Numbered from the stretch's first letter, positions 10,011 through 19,045 are shown. The stretch is 52,856 nucleotides of DNA from Oscillospiraceae bacterium (GCA_017444195.1 JAFSXE010000107.1:1-52856); one strand, 5' to 3'. Numbers and translations: made by a program. Notes: generated by a model from the sequence alone, not told the origin.

Positions 10011-10287
10011 GGGCGGCGCAGATTAGGGAGTATGTAGGTTTTGAACCGCCCTTTTCCGCCCGTACTGCATTAAAAAATGAGGTCATCCTGTCGGATGACC
10101 TCATTTTTGTGCTTTGTCCGGACGAAAAATTGCAGCTTCAAAACTGCGCAGCACCGTAAAGCGAGAGATTTTTGTGCAAGACAAGGCAGAGAAAGAGGGA
10201 ATCCTTTGTGGATTCCCTCTTTTGATAACGCAGGTTTGCGCAAAAAGATCCGCTTTACGGCTGCATAATCCCTAATCTGCACCGCCC
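10011..10287 (+). repeat. Complete 277-bp non-coding element (family A) with 19-bp terminal inverted repeats and two strong internal hairpins (MITE-like)
   Basis: TIRs GGGCGGCGCAGATTAGGGA and TCCCTAATCTGCACCGCCC match at 18 of 19 positions. Its reverse complement recurs at 52594-52856. Hairpins at 10073-10108 and 10194-10220. Confidence 0.85.
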
Positions 10288-10310
10288 AAAGGACGGTTTT
10301 GCTTTTTAAC

Positions 10311-11087
10311 TTACGCAATCGGCTGATTGGCCGCTTCGATGATCTTGACAAACTTCTCGGAGACGAGCGACGCGCCGCCGATGAGTCCGCCGTCGATATC
10401 CGGCTGCGCCAGCAGTTCCTCGGCGTTCTTCTCGTTCATCGAGCCGCCGTAGAGGATGGACACGCCGCGAGCGATTGCCGCGCCGTACATCTTGCGGATG
10501 ACCGTGCGGATCATCTGGCAGACCTGCTCCGCCTGATCCGGCGTAGCAGTCTTGCCCGTGCCGATTGCCCAGATCGGCTCGTAGGCAACGACGATCTTCT
10601 TGATCTTCTCCACGGCAACGCCGGCAAGCGCCGCCTTGATCTGCATGGTGATCCACTCGTCGGTGATGCCCGCCTCACGCTGCTCCAGGCTCTCGCCCAC
10701 GCAGACGATGGGGATCAGGTTCGCGCCGAGGGCGGCGTGGATCTTCGCATTCACGTCCGCGTCGGTTTCGCCCATGGCGCGGCGCTCGGAGTGACCGATA
10801 ATGACGTATTTGCAGCCGGCATCCACGAGCATATTCACGGCGATTTCGCCGGTATAGGCGCCGGAAGCGTTGGCGTTGCAGTTTTCAGCGCCCACGCCCA
10901 CACGTGTATCGCGCAGCGCACGAACGGCAGCCGGGATATCCACGGCAGGCACGCAGACCACGATGTCGCACCAGCGGCCCTTGGGCATCTGATTCTTAAA
11001 CTCGGTGAAAAACGCCTTGGTTTCGGACGGCGTCTTGTTCATTTTCCAGTTGGCGGCGATGACCGTCTTGCGGTATTTTCTGTTCAT
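10311..11087 (-). CDS. tpiA: Triosephosphate isomerase (bacterial type)
   Basis: AANWKMN, IIGHSERR and YEPIWAIGTG motifs. Confidence 0.95.
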   Translation of the reverse strand: MNRKYRKTVIAANWKMNKTPSETKAFFTEFKNQMPKGRWCDIVVCVPAVDIPAAVRALRDTRVGVGAENCNANASGAYTGEIAVNMLVDAGCKYVIIGHSERRAMGETDADVNAKIHAALGANLIPIVCVGESLEQREAGITDEWITMQIKAALAGVAVEKIKKIVVAYEPIWAIGTGKTATPDQAEQVCQMIRTVIRKMYGAAIARGVSILYGGSMNEKNAEELLAQPDIDGGLIGGASLVSEKFVKIIEAANQPIA

Positions 11088-11108
11088 CTTGGGTTGCTCC
11101 TTACTTGA

Positions 11109-12323
11109 TTATTTATCCTGCAGGCAGGCGATGCCCGGAAGTTCGCGGCCTTCCAGGAACTCCAGCGAAGCGCCGCCGCCGGTGGAGATGTGGGTGATCT
11201 TCTCGGCAAAGCCGAGCTGCTCGCAGGCAGCCGCGCTGTCGCCGCCGCCGACAATCGTCACCGCGCCGGACTCGGCAAGACCCTTCGCCACGGCGATGGT
11301 ACCCTGCGCCAGCGTCGGGTTTTCAAACACGCCCATCGGTCCGTTCCACACGACGGTCTTGGCGCTCTTGGCAGCCGCCGCAAACAGTTCGCGCGTCTTT
11401 TCGCCGATGTCGAGACCCTGCATATCCGCCGGAATCGCGTCGGCCGCAACGGTCTTGACTTCAATCGGTCCGTCGATCGGATCGGGGAATGCCTTGGCAA
11501 CGACGGTATCGACCGGCAGCAGGAGCTGCACGCCCTTCGCCGCCGCCTTGTCCATCATTTCCTTGCAGTAGCCGATCTTCTCGCTGTCGAGCAGGCTGCC
11601 GCCGACGCCGTAGCCCTTGGCGGCAAGGAACGTATACGCCATGCCGCCGCCGATGATCAGGGTATCGACCTTTTCCAGCAGGTTGGCGATAACGTTGAGC
11701 TTATCGGAAACCTTCGCGCCGCCGAGGATGGCGACGAACGGGCGGTCGGGATCGGCAAGCGCCTTGCCCATCACGCCGAGTTCCTTTTCGATCAGGAAGC
11801 CGCAGACGGCTGGCAGATAGTCGGCAACGCTGGCGGTGGAAGCGTGGGCGCGGTGCACCGTGCCGAACGCATCGGAAACGTACAGATTGGCGAGCGACGC
11901 CAGCTTCTGCGCGAACGCAGGATCGTTCTTCTCCTCGCCCTTTTCAAAGCGCAGGTTCTCCAGCAGCATGACTTCGCCCGGTCGGATGGCTTTCGCCAGC
12001 TCGATAGCCTCGTCGGACAGCGGCTCCAGCGCCTCGGCGATCTTGACTTCCTTGCCGAGCAGTTCGCTGATGCGCTTGGCAACGATCTTCAGCGAAAGTT
12101 CCGGCTTGATTTCGCCCTTGGGCTTGCCGAGGTGCGAGCAGAGGATGACCGCCGCACCGTTTTCAAGCAGGTACTTGACCGTCGGCAGCGCCGCCTTGAT
12201 GCGGACGTCGGAGGTAATGACGCCGTTTTTGATCGGCACGTTGAAATCGCAGCGGCAGAGGACTTTTTTGCCCTGCAGTTCGGCCGGAGCAAGATCGCGC
12301 ACGGATTTCTTGTTATAGTTCAT
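11109..12323 (-). CDS. pgk: Phosphoglycerate kinase
   Basis: Pgk sequence throughout ([15 protein letters not shown]). GGAAGGA SD before the ATG at 12323. Confidence 0.95.
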   Translation of the reverse strand: MNYNKKSVRDLAPAELQGKKVLCRCDFNVPIKNGVITSDVRIKAALPTVKYLLENGAAVILCSHLGKPKGEIKPELSLKIVAKRISELLGKEVKIAEALEPLSDEAIELAKAIRPGEVMLLENLRFEKGEEKNDPAFAQKLASLANLYVSDAFGTVHRAHASTASVADYLPAVCGFLIEKELGVMGKALADPDRPFVAILGGAKVSDKLNVIANLLEKVDTLIIGGGMAYTFLAAKGYGVGGSLLDSEKIGYCKEMMDKAAAKGVQLLLPVDTVVAKAFPDPIDGPIEVKTVAADAIPADMQGLDIGEKTRELFAAAAKSAKTVVWNGPMGVFENPTLAQGTIAVAKGLAESGAVTIVGGGDSAAACEQLGFAEKITHISTGGGASLEFLEGRELPGIACLQDK

Positions 12324-12339
12324 CGTATTCCTTCCTTTC

Positions 12340-12831
12340 TTATGTTTCCCATTCAATCATTCGCCCCTGCCCGATCAGGTAGGGGAAGTTTTGCTGCCGC
12401 AGCGCCTCGTAAGTTACGAGCGCCACGGAGTTGCCGAGATTCAGGCTGCGCGCTTCGGCGCGCATGGGGATGCGCAGACAATGCGACGCATGCGCACGGA
12501 GAAAATCCTCCGGCAGTCCCTTTGTTTCTTTGCCGAAGAACAGCCAAGCATCCTCCGAATAGGAAACTTCGGTATAGATGCGCGGCGCTTTCGTGGAAAA
12601 AAGCCAATAGGACTGCGGCTTTTCCTGCGCAAAAAGGTCTTGCAGGCTGTCGTGGATCGTCAGATGGACCAGCGGCCAGTAATCCAGCCCTGCGCGGCGC
12701 ACGGCGGCGTCGGAAACGTCAAAGCCGAGCGGCCGGATCAGGTGCAGATGCGCGCCGGTAGCCGCGCAGGTACGCGCGACGTTGCCGGTGTTCGCAGGAA
12801 TTTCCGGCTCTACCAAAACGATATGCAGCAT
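12340..12831 (-). CDS. trmL: tRNA (cytidine34/uridine34-2'-O)-methyltransferase, SpoU/TrmL type
   Basis: [22 protein letters not shown]... and C-terminal [11 protein letters not shown], typical of TrmL. Confidence 0.85.
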   Translation of the reverse strand: MLHIVLVEPEIPANTGNVARTCAATGAHLHLIRPLGFDVSDAAVRRAGLDYWPLVHLTIHDSLQDLFAQEKPQSYWLFSTKAPRIYTEVSYSEDAWLFFGKETKGLPEDFLRAHASHCLRIPMRAEARSLNLGNSVALVTYEALRQQNFPYLIGQGRMIEWET

Positions 12832-12950
12832 GCTTGATCCTTCCCTTTCCGGGACCTGTGAGTCCAAACGCTATTTTATGATATTCTCGGTAAAAAATCA
12901 ACAGTTTTTTCTTAAAAAAATAAAAAAGTTCAATCTTTTTTGCTCGCGCG

Positions 12951-12979
12951 TCATATTGTAAAAGAAATGGGAATAGATT
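12951..12979 (+). promoter_or_regulatory. Weak candidate sigma-E-type promoter for yabP-yabQ
   Basis: TCATATT, 14 nt, AATAGATT roughly resembles the sigma-E consensus. The B. subtilis yabPQ operon is sigma-E dependent. This is inference only. Confidence 0.2.
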
Positions 12980-13009
12980 GCCAACAGAATCATGCAAGAG
13001 GTGACTACC

Positions 13010-13294
13010 ATGGGAAGTATCAACGAACTGCCTGCCGCCGAACTGCCGCACAAACTGATGCTGGACGGCAGAAGTCGGCTGAACGTCAGCGGCGTGAAGG
13101 ACGTGGAGAGTTTTGACGAAGCGATGATCGTGCTGATCACCGTGCGCGGAACGCTGGTCGTTCGCGGACAGGGGCTGCATCTGAAAGCGTTGTCGCTTGA
13201 AGGCGGCGAGGTCGCCGTGGACGGCGTGATCGACGCGCTGACCTACGAAGACGATACGCCGCCGCGGCGCGGTCTGTTCGGGCGGATCTGGTAA
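13010..13294 (+). CDS. yabP: Sporulation protein YabP
   Basis: HKLMLDGRSRLNVSGVKDVESFDE...LVVRGQGLHLKALSLEGGEVAVDG matches the YabP family. AGAGGTG SD before the ATG at 13010. Confidence 0.85.
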   Translation: MGSINELPAAELPHKLMLDGRSRLNVSGVKDVESFDEAMIVLITVRGTLVVRGQGLHLKALSLEGGEVAVDGVIDALTYEDDTPPRRGLFGRIW

Positions 13295-13923
13295 TGGCGC
13301 TGAATTTACCCGTTGCCGAACAGGCGGTACAATTTCTGCTCTCCGGTCTGCTCGGCGCGTTGCTCGGCGTCGTCTATGACGTTTTCCGCCGATTGCGCCG
13401 CCACGCGCCGCACTTGACCGTGCCGCTGGATATTCTTTACGGCTGCATAACGTTTACTGCGCTCGTGCTGTTCGGACTAAGCGCAGGAAACGGGCTGCTG
13501 CGGCTGTATTCGCTTTTCGGTGCGGCACTTGGCGCGGCCGTCTATTTCGGCGCAGTCAGTCCGCTCGTTTTGGCGCTTTTGTGCCGATTGGAGCGCGTTT
13601 TGTCATTTTTGCTGCGAACACTCCTTCATCCGCTTCAAAAATTTTTCGTTTTTTTTGAAAAAATCGGAAGAAAAATCTTTTCTTTTTTCAAAAAATGGTT
13701 TACTATTATGGTGCAACAGTGGAAAAGCGGTCTAACGTTCGGAGGGGTGCGCAATGAAAACCTGGCTTCTTCGTCTGGCAGTACTGGCGTTCGTCGCATA
13801 CGGTACGGTAACGCTGCTGAATCTTCACGCGGAAATTCGCGAAAAAGAAACGCAGGCGGCGGAACTGTCCGAAAAAGTCGCAGCCGCAGAGCAGGAAAAC
13901 CAGCGTCTGCAAGAGGATATTGA
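13294..13923 (+). CDS. yabQ: Spore cortex biosynthesis protein YabQ (membrane)
   Basis: It follows yabP with a TAATG overlap. The N-terminal half holds hydrophobic helices. The 3' 170 nt overlap the next gene in another frame. Confidence 0.65.
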   Translation: MALNLPVAEQAVQFLLSGLLGALLGVVYDVFRRLRRHAPHLTVPLDILYGCITFTALVLFGLSAGNGLLRLYSLFGAALGAAVYFGAVSPLVLALLCRLERVLSFLLRTLLHPLQKFFVFFEKIGRKIFSFFKKWFTIMVQQWKSGLTFGGVRNENLASSSGSTGVRRIRYGNAAESSRGNSRKRNAGGGTVRKSRSRRAGKPASARGY

Positions 13924-14020
13924 CGCGCTGGATACCGATGAAGGTATCCAAGATACCGCGCGCAAAAAACTCGGCATGATCGCCTCGGGCGAAATCGTAT
14001 TCCACGATGTCGGCAACTGA
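13754..14020 (+). CDS. divIC: Septum formation initiator (DivIC/FtsB family)
   Basis: An N-terminal TM helix, then a coiled coil (EIREKETQAAELSEKVAAAEQENQRLQEDIDAL), then a C-terminal KLGMIASGEIVF motif. Confidence 0.8.
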   Translation: MKTWLLRLAVLAFVAYGTVTLLNLHAEIREKETQAAELSEKVAAAEQENQRLQEDIDALDTDEGIQDTARKKLGMIASGEIVFHDVGN

Positions 14021-14045
14021 AAACTTGGAGGATACAGATACATTT

Positions 14046-14438
14046 ATGGAGTTAACTGTCGGAACGATTTTGGAAGGAAAAGTTAAAACGATTACCAACT
14101 TCGGCGCAGTTGTTGCCCTGCCGGACGGCACAACGGGGTTGGTGCATATCTCGGAGGTTGCACGGACGTTTGTTAACGATATCCATGAGCATCTGACCGA
14201 GGGGCAGGACGTAAAGGTCATGGTCATCGGCACGGAAAACGGCAAGATCAACCTTTCGATCAAGCGCGCGCTTGCGCCTGCGCCTGCCGCGCCGCGTCGG
14301 GACGCGCCGAAAGCGCAAAAAGCGCCGTCGGGCCCGCCGACGTTCGATGATATGGTCAAGCGATTCCTTGCGGACTCCGACAGCAAGATTTCCGGTGTTC
14401 GCCAATACGAGCACAAGACCAAGACACGCCGACGCTAA
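14046..14438 (+). CDS. S1 RNA-binding domain protein (YabR-like)
   Basis: GTILEGKVKTITNFGAVVALPDGTTGLVHISEV...KVMVIGTENGKINLSIK is an S1 domain. The start is ambiguous between 14007 and 14046. Confidence 0.8.
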   Translation: MELTVGTILEGKVKTITNFGAVVALPDGTTGLVHISEVARTFVNDIHEHLTEGQDVKVMVIGTENGKINLSIKRALAPAPAAPRRDAPKAQKAPSGPPTFDDMVKRFLADSDSKISGVRQYEHKTKTRRR

Positions 14439-14448
14439 AGGTAAGAAA

Positions 14449-14481
14449 AGACGGGAGAGCGCCGCTCTCCCGTCTTTTTTT
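14449..14481 (+). terminator. Intrinsic terminator
   Basis: 12-bp stem agacgggagagc / gctctcccgtct followed by a T run. Confidence 0.75.
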
Positions 14482-14492
14482 GGAGGATTGCT

Positions 14493-15188
14493 ATGTTTGT
14501 TACCGTCACCGGCGGCAGCCGCGGCATCGGCGCGGAGGTCGTCCGCCGCTTTACCGCGCGCGGCGATGCCGTTACGTTTTTCTATCACCGGCACGAAGCG
14601 GAAGCGCTCGCGCTTGCAAAAGAAACCGGCGCAAAGGCTGTCTGCTGCGACGTAGCGGACAGCGCCGCAGTCGCGGCGGCGTTTTCTTCGATTCCGCGCA
14701 CCGACGTCTTAGTCTGCTGCGCCGGCATCAGTCATATGGGTCTGATCTCCGAGATTTCGGAAGCGGAGTGGCGGCGGCTCTTCGCCGTCAACGTGGACGG
14801 CGTTTTTCACGCCGTTCGCGCCGCGCTGCCCTCGATGCTCCATGAGCAGTGCGGCAGCATCGTCACCGTCAGTTCCATGTGGGGCGAGGTCGGCGCATCG
14901 TGCGAAGCGGCGTATTCGGCAACGAAAGGCGCGGTCATCGCGCTGACCAAGGCGCTTGCAAAGGAACTCGGTCCGAGCAACATTCGCGTCAACTGCGTTT
15001 CGCCCGGTGTGATTTTGACCGATATGTGCAAAAACCTGGACAGCGCGGTGCTTGACGAATTGAAGGATGCAACGCCGCTCGGTCGGAACGGCACGGCCGA
15101 CGACGTGGCGGACGCCATCGTCAAGCTTGCCGATCTGCCGTTTGTCACGGGGCAAATTCTGTCCGTCAACGGCGGTTTTGTGATGTAG
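14493..15188 (+). CDS. SDR-family oxidoreductase (FabG-like)
   Basis: TGGSRGIG cofactor motif and YSATKGAV catalytic motif. Confidence 0.85.
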   Translation: MFVTVTGGSRGIGAEVVRRFTARGDAVTFFYHRHEAEALALAKETGAKAVCCDVADSAAVAAAFSSIPRTDVLVCCAGISHMGLISEISEAEWRRLFAVNVDGVFHAVRAALPSMLHEQCGSIVTVSSMWGEVGASCEAAYSATKGAVIALTKALAKELGPSNIRVNCVSPGVILTDMCKNLDSAVLDELKDATPLGRNGTADDVADAIVKLADLPFVTGQILSVNGGFVM

Positions 15189-15247
15189 TTGCACTTTTCG
15201 ACCTTTTTTGATACAATAACGCTATCCGAACAAAGGAGTTTCCGTTT

Positions 15248-16090
15248 ATGAAAATTCTCATCAGCGCCGACAGCACCTGTGATCTCGGTCCGGTACTGAC
15301 GCGCCGCTATGACGTCCGCATTATGCCGCTCTACGTCAATAAAGGCGGCAAAATGTTCCGCGACGGCGTGGATATCCAGCCGAACGACCTTTATGCGCAC
15401 GTAGCGAACGGCGGCGACCTCTGCTCCACGGCGGCGGCAAACGTGGCGGATTATCTGGATTTCTTCACCGAACTTCGCAAAGAAGCAGATGCGGTCATTC
15501 ATCTTTGCATTTCCGCGCACTTTTCCTCAACGTATCAAAACGCCTGCATTGCCGCGCAAGAGGTTGACGGCGTCTACGTTGTGGACTCGCGCAACCTCTC
15601 CACGGGGCACGGACACTTGGTGCTGATGGCGGCGGACGCGGTGAAAGCCGGCGGCGAGCCGGAAGCCATTGCCGCGCAGCTCCGCAAGGATACGGATAAG
15701 GTGCGCGCCAGTTTCGTCCTTGAACAGCTTGCCTATATGCGCAAAGGCGGCAGATGCTCTACCGTTGCCGCGCTCGGCGCCAATCTGTTGAATCTGAAGC
15801 CCTCGATCCGCGTGACGGACGGCGCGATGGCAGTCGCGAAAAAGTATCGCGGCAATATGGAAAAGTGCATCCGCCAGTACGTGAACGACGAGCTTGCCGA
15901 TCTGGAAGCGATCCGTCCCGACCGCGTATTCATCACCCATTCGGGCGTGACGGATATGATCCTTCAGGCGGCGCAGCAGGAAGTGGAAAAACGGCATTAT
16001 TTCAAAGAGATTTTGATCACTCACGCCGGCTGCACGGTTTGCAGCCATTGCGGTCCCGGCACCCTCGGCGTGCTGTACGTGATGAAATAA
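15248..16090 (+). CDS. DegV-family fatty-acid-binding protein
   Basis: MKILISADSTCDL start, 280 aa, DegV-like throughout. Confidence 0.85.
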   Translation: MKILISADSTCDLGPVLTRRYDVRIMPLYVNKGGKMFRDGVDIQPNDLYAHVANGGDLCSTAAANVADYLDFFTELRKEADAVIHLCISAHFSSTYQNACIAAQEVDGVYVVDSRNLSTGHGHLVLMAADAVKAGGEPEAIAAQLRKDTDKVRASFVLEQLAYMRKGGRCSTVAALGANLLNLKPSIRVTDGAMAVAKKYRGNMEKCIRQYVNDELADLEAIRPDRVFITHSGVTDMILQAAQQEVEKRHYFKEILITHAGCTVCSHCGPGTLGVLYVMK

Positions 16091-16095
16091 AAACG

Positions 16096-16138
16096 AAAAA
16101 ACAGGCAATCCGATTTGCGTCGGATTGCCTGTTTTTTT
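16096..16138. terminator. Bidirectional intrinsic terminator
   Basis: 13-bp stem acaggcaatccga / tcggattgcctgt flanked by an A run and a T run, between convergent genes. Confidence 0.75.
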
Positions 16139-16150
16139 GCTGTAATAGGC

Positions 16151-17773
16151 TTATTTAACGGTAAAAGTAGTCGTCCACGTCTTCGTGGTTTTTATATCTG
16201 TCGCCACGACTTTCATCGTGTACGTTCCCCTGCTCAATCTGTTGAACACAAGATTGTTATTCAGATTTGCATACCGAACGTCCATCGACGTAGCATTCGG
16301 CGTATCCGTCGTGGACATCACCGTCTGTCCGGACGCATTGATGATTGCGCCGGTAACTTTGGTGATGTTGTAATTCGACGTCACCGAGCCGCGCAGACCG
16401 TAACTGCTGCCATAGTTGATCGAAGTGGGATAACTGGTCATGTTGATCGACAGCGTAGATGCCGCAGATGCAGGAGCAGGCGTCGGAGCAGGCGCAGCAG
16501 AAGCGGACGGATTGCCAACGGTAAAACTCGCCGTCCACGTTTTGCTGGCTTTGGTGTCCGTCGCTACGATCTTCAGCGTGTACGTGCCTGCCTTCAAATT
16601 GCCAAACACGAGATTGTTATTCAGATTTGCATACCGAACGTCCATCGACGTAGCATTCGGCGTATCTGTCGTTGACATCACCGTCTGACCCGATGCGTTA
16701 ATGATTGCGCCGGTGACTTTGGTGATATTATAGTTCGAAGTCACCGAGCCGCGCAAGCCGTAGCTGCCGCCGACGTTGAGCGAGGTCGGATAGCTGGTTA
16801 TATTAATCGTCAGCGTGGAGTCAATATTCTTAACCAGCGACAAACGATCTGCGGAAATATAACCCGATACGCCGTTGTAGGTCACGTGATAGAACGTGTT
16901 GCCCAAGCCGTTCACAACCGCACCGGCCACGGAGACCTGCGTTCCTTTCGGTAGCGTTCCCGACGTCATATTCCCAGCCGCAGCATACGGCGCGGCTTTG
17001 ATGTTGGACGCTGCCGTGGTCTGATAGACGCCCGGCTTATCCAGCGGCGCATTGTCGTTCTGATTCGGTTTGAACTCGCCGCAATTCGTGCACAGACCGG
17101 AAGCGTTATAGGTGTGGGTATGTGAATTCAGTGCATAATCGCCATTGATTATTGTCGAATTATTTACAATCCAACTCCAATATTGGCTGTTTTTTGCTCC
17201 CTTACTACCTGTCCATGCACTACTAAAACGTACATTTTTTAACGCCGCGGGGTTGTCCATGTAATACTCGAAGGTCTTTCCGCGAATTGCCGAAAGATAT
17301 CCCGTATTTGTGTTTGCAATATCAAAGTGCAAATGAGCGCCATAAGACTCACCCGTGTTGCCCATTTCGCCAATTTGGGTATTGGTATCAATATACTTAC
17401 CAATCAATGAGCTTCCTATTGTACCATTACGAAAGTGCATATATCGAGAATAGTATTTTGTTCCTTCGATATTATGCTCCATTTTTACGTAATAACCCAT
17501 TGATTTTTCATAGCCAGCATCGGTAACCGTACCTGCGGCAACAGGGTAAACTGCTTCACCCTCCCATCCGGGATTGCCAATATCAATGCCGTTGTGCGTT
17601 GACCCACTCCTGTAATAATCAATAGATGTAATGTAATAGATGCGGTCGGAATGAATTGGCCATGCCGGTTTAAAGGTTTCTGAGGCACTGGTAAACACAG
17701 TAATTCCCACCAAAAGTTGCATAGATAACACAACGGTCAAAATGGCAGAAAGAACTTTTTTAATTCTTAACAT
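16151..17773 (-). CDS. Secreted M23-family (LytM-type) metallopeptidase with an SH3-like region and two tandem ~100-aa C-terminal domains
   Basis: HNGIDIG and GAHLHFDI M23 motifs. Signal peptide MLRIKKVLSAILTVVLSMQLLVG. GGAGG 5 nt before the ATG at 17773. Confidence 0.85.
   Translation of the reverse strand: MLRIKKVLSAILTVVLSMQLLVGITVFTSASETFKPAWPIHSDRIYYITSIDYYRSGSTHNGIDIGNPGWEGEAVYPVAAGTVTDAGYEKSMGYYVKMEHNIEGTKYYSRYMHFRNGTIGSSLIGKYIDTNTQIGEMGNTGESYGAHLHFDIANTNTGYLSAIRGKTFEYYMDNPAALKNVRFSSAWTGSKGAKNSQYWSWIVNNSTIINGDYALNSHTHTYNASGLCTNCGEFKPNQNDNAPLDKPGVYQTTAASNIKAAPYAAAGNMTSGTLPKGTQVSVAGAVVNGLGNTFYHVTYNGVSGYISADRLSLVKNIDSTLTINITSYPTSLNVGGSYGLRGSVTSNYNITKVTGAIINASGQTVMSTTDTPNATSMDVRYANLNNNLVFGNLKAGTYTLKIVATDTKASKTWTASFTVGNPSASAAPAPTPAPASAASTLSINMTSYPTSINYGSSYGLRGSVTSNYNITKVTGAIINASGQTVMSTTDTPNATSMDVRYANLNNNLVFNRLSRGTYTMKVVATDIKTTKTWTTTFTVK
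16157..16815 (-). repeat. Tandem duplication with an exact 360-bp period inside the M23 peptidase gene
   Basis: 16254-16316 and 16614-16676 are identical by eye. The flanking parts differ mainly at synonymous positions. An Ala/Pro linker separates the copies. Confidence 0.85.
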
Positions 17774-17845
17774 AACAACCTCCGATAGAGCGAGTCTCAG
17801 TTCTATTTGGCTTGCTTGCGGCAATTATGATCTGCATGGCACCAA

Positions 17846-18646
17846 TCAATAGCGCACAAGTTTGCCCTGATCACATGTGCCCTCAAAAACATCCGAACCA
17901 TCAACAGCAACAACAAACCGCGTCAAAGTAGTTGTATGATCACCCATATTGTCAATGTAACGGAATTGATAATATGTCTTTCCATCAACTGTATATTTGC
18001 CATCACAAATCAGGTTGTTCGTGTTAACACCCGAAAACTCACCGATTGCTTCCTTGGCTTTATCCTCACTTATTTCAACGTTGGATGTCGCACCTTGACT
18101 CTGGACGCTGCTATACGCTTGCGCCCAAACTTCGCCTTCATCTTCCTTGCTGACCGTCACGCTGACAGTTCTGCTTGCAGCATCCCAATTGACTTTGCCG
18201 CCATAGCATTTTTCAATGAAAGCACGAAGCGGAAGATATGTCGTTCCGTTGTAGGTTGTTGCCGGAACATCGATCGTACCCGCATCAATGGTCTTGCCAT
18301 CCGACCAACCAGCATGAATCTTCGTATCATTAAGATAGAGCCAAACGGAAAAATCGCCACCTTGCGCAGCAAAGAATTCCTTATAAGGCGCCACGCCTTC
18401 TTTCGCAAAGCCCACTTCCGGGAACTCCTGAATGCTGCTCAGTTTTGAAAAAAGCGGCTGCTCGGGGACCATGCAGCGGTTGTTGATAATGACCGGTTTT
18501 GCAGTACTGCCCGCAAACAAATCCGTTCCATTCAGCAAAACCTTAACATTCTCGGAGTAATTCTTGACCTCCACCGCGGAGACTGAAACGCCGACAAGCA
18601 GCGCGACAGCCAAAAGAAATGCCGAAATTTTTGTAATGTGTTTCAT
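17846..18646 (-). CDS. Secreted copper-amine-oxidase N-terminal (stalk) domain protein with a PepSY-like C-terminus
   Basis: Signal peptide MKHITKISAFLLAVALLVGVSVSA. VKVLLNG...PVIINNRCMVP...GTTYLPLRAFIE...KVNWDAASRTVSV pattern. Confidence 0.7.
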   Translation of the reverse strand: MKHITKISAFLLAVALLVGVSVSAVEVKNYSENVKVLLNGTDLFAGSTAKPVIINNRCMVPEQPLFSKLSSIQEFPEVGFAKEGVAPYKEFFAAQGGDFSVWLYLNDTKIHAGWSDGKTIDAGTIDVPATTYNGTTYLPLRAFIEKCYGGKVNWDAASRTVSVTVSKEDEGEVWAQAYSSVQSQGATSNVEISEDKAKEAIGEFSGVNTNNLICDGKYTVDGKTYYQFRYIDNMGDHTTTLTRFVVAVDGSDVFEGTCDQGKLVRY

Positions 18647-18714
18647 TTTTTCGATTCCTTTCTGTTTTTGTTTGCTTGATAAAAGCACAACCACTATAAC
18701 AAACTGCAATTATT

Positions 18715-18744
18715 TTGTCAATTATTTTTTATTCATTTTAGAAT
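18715..18744 (+). promoter_or_regulatory. Candidate promoter (TTGTCA, 18 nt, TAGAAT) for the RHH gene
   Basis: Read directly in the AT-rich divergent intergenic region. Confidence 0.4.
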
Positions 18745-18807
18745 ACAAATTGTGTTCTTATGGCAAAATAGATTAAGCAGTAAAATAGTATTAGTGAGGT
18801 AATGAAA

Positions 18808-19011
18808 ATGAAAGAAAAATCGAACAAGTTCATCATCACCCCAAAAACAGAGCGTTCCGTTACGCTGACCGTGCGGCTTGATGCGGAGTTGAACGATTAC
18901 ATCGAAGAAATCGCACGAAAAAGCGGCCGGTCGCGAAATGAGCTGATCAACAAGGCATTGCAATTCGCGTTTGACAACCTTGAATTAAGCACGGATGAAG
19001 CCGAACAGTAA
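18808..19011 (+). CDS. Ribbon-helix-helix (CopG/Arc-like) DNA-binding protein
   Basis: VTLTVRLDAELNDYIEEIARKSGRSRNELINKALQFAF is a classic RHH fold signature. GAGGT 7 nt before the ATG at 18808. Confidence 0.7.
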   Translation: MKEKSNKFIITPKTERSVTLTVRLDAELNDYIEEIARKSGRSRNELINKALQFAFDNLELSTDEAEQ

Positions 19012-19045
19012 ACCCACCGACAGAACGTATGTCGGTGGGTTTATT
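19010..19045. terminator. Hairpin terminator between convergent genes
   Basis: 11-bp stem aacccaccgac / gtcggtgggtt followed by T-rich sequence. Confidence 0.6.

Noticed and set aside
10077-10268. A 63-aa ORF conserved in both element copies (also at 52613-52804)
   Set aside because: The conservation reflects near-identity of the DNA repeat. The ORF runs through two terminator-like hairpins, has no SD, and the loop flip changes its sequence. I treat it as non-coding.
18808-19011. The RHH protein as the antitoxin of a toxin-antitoxin pair
   Set aside because: A terminator follows it directly and no small toxin ORF is adjacent on the same strand. The neighbouring SLOG gene is convergent.
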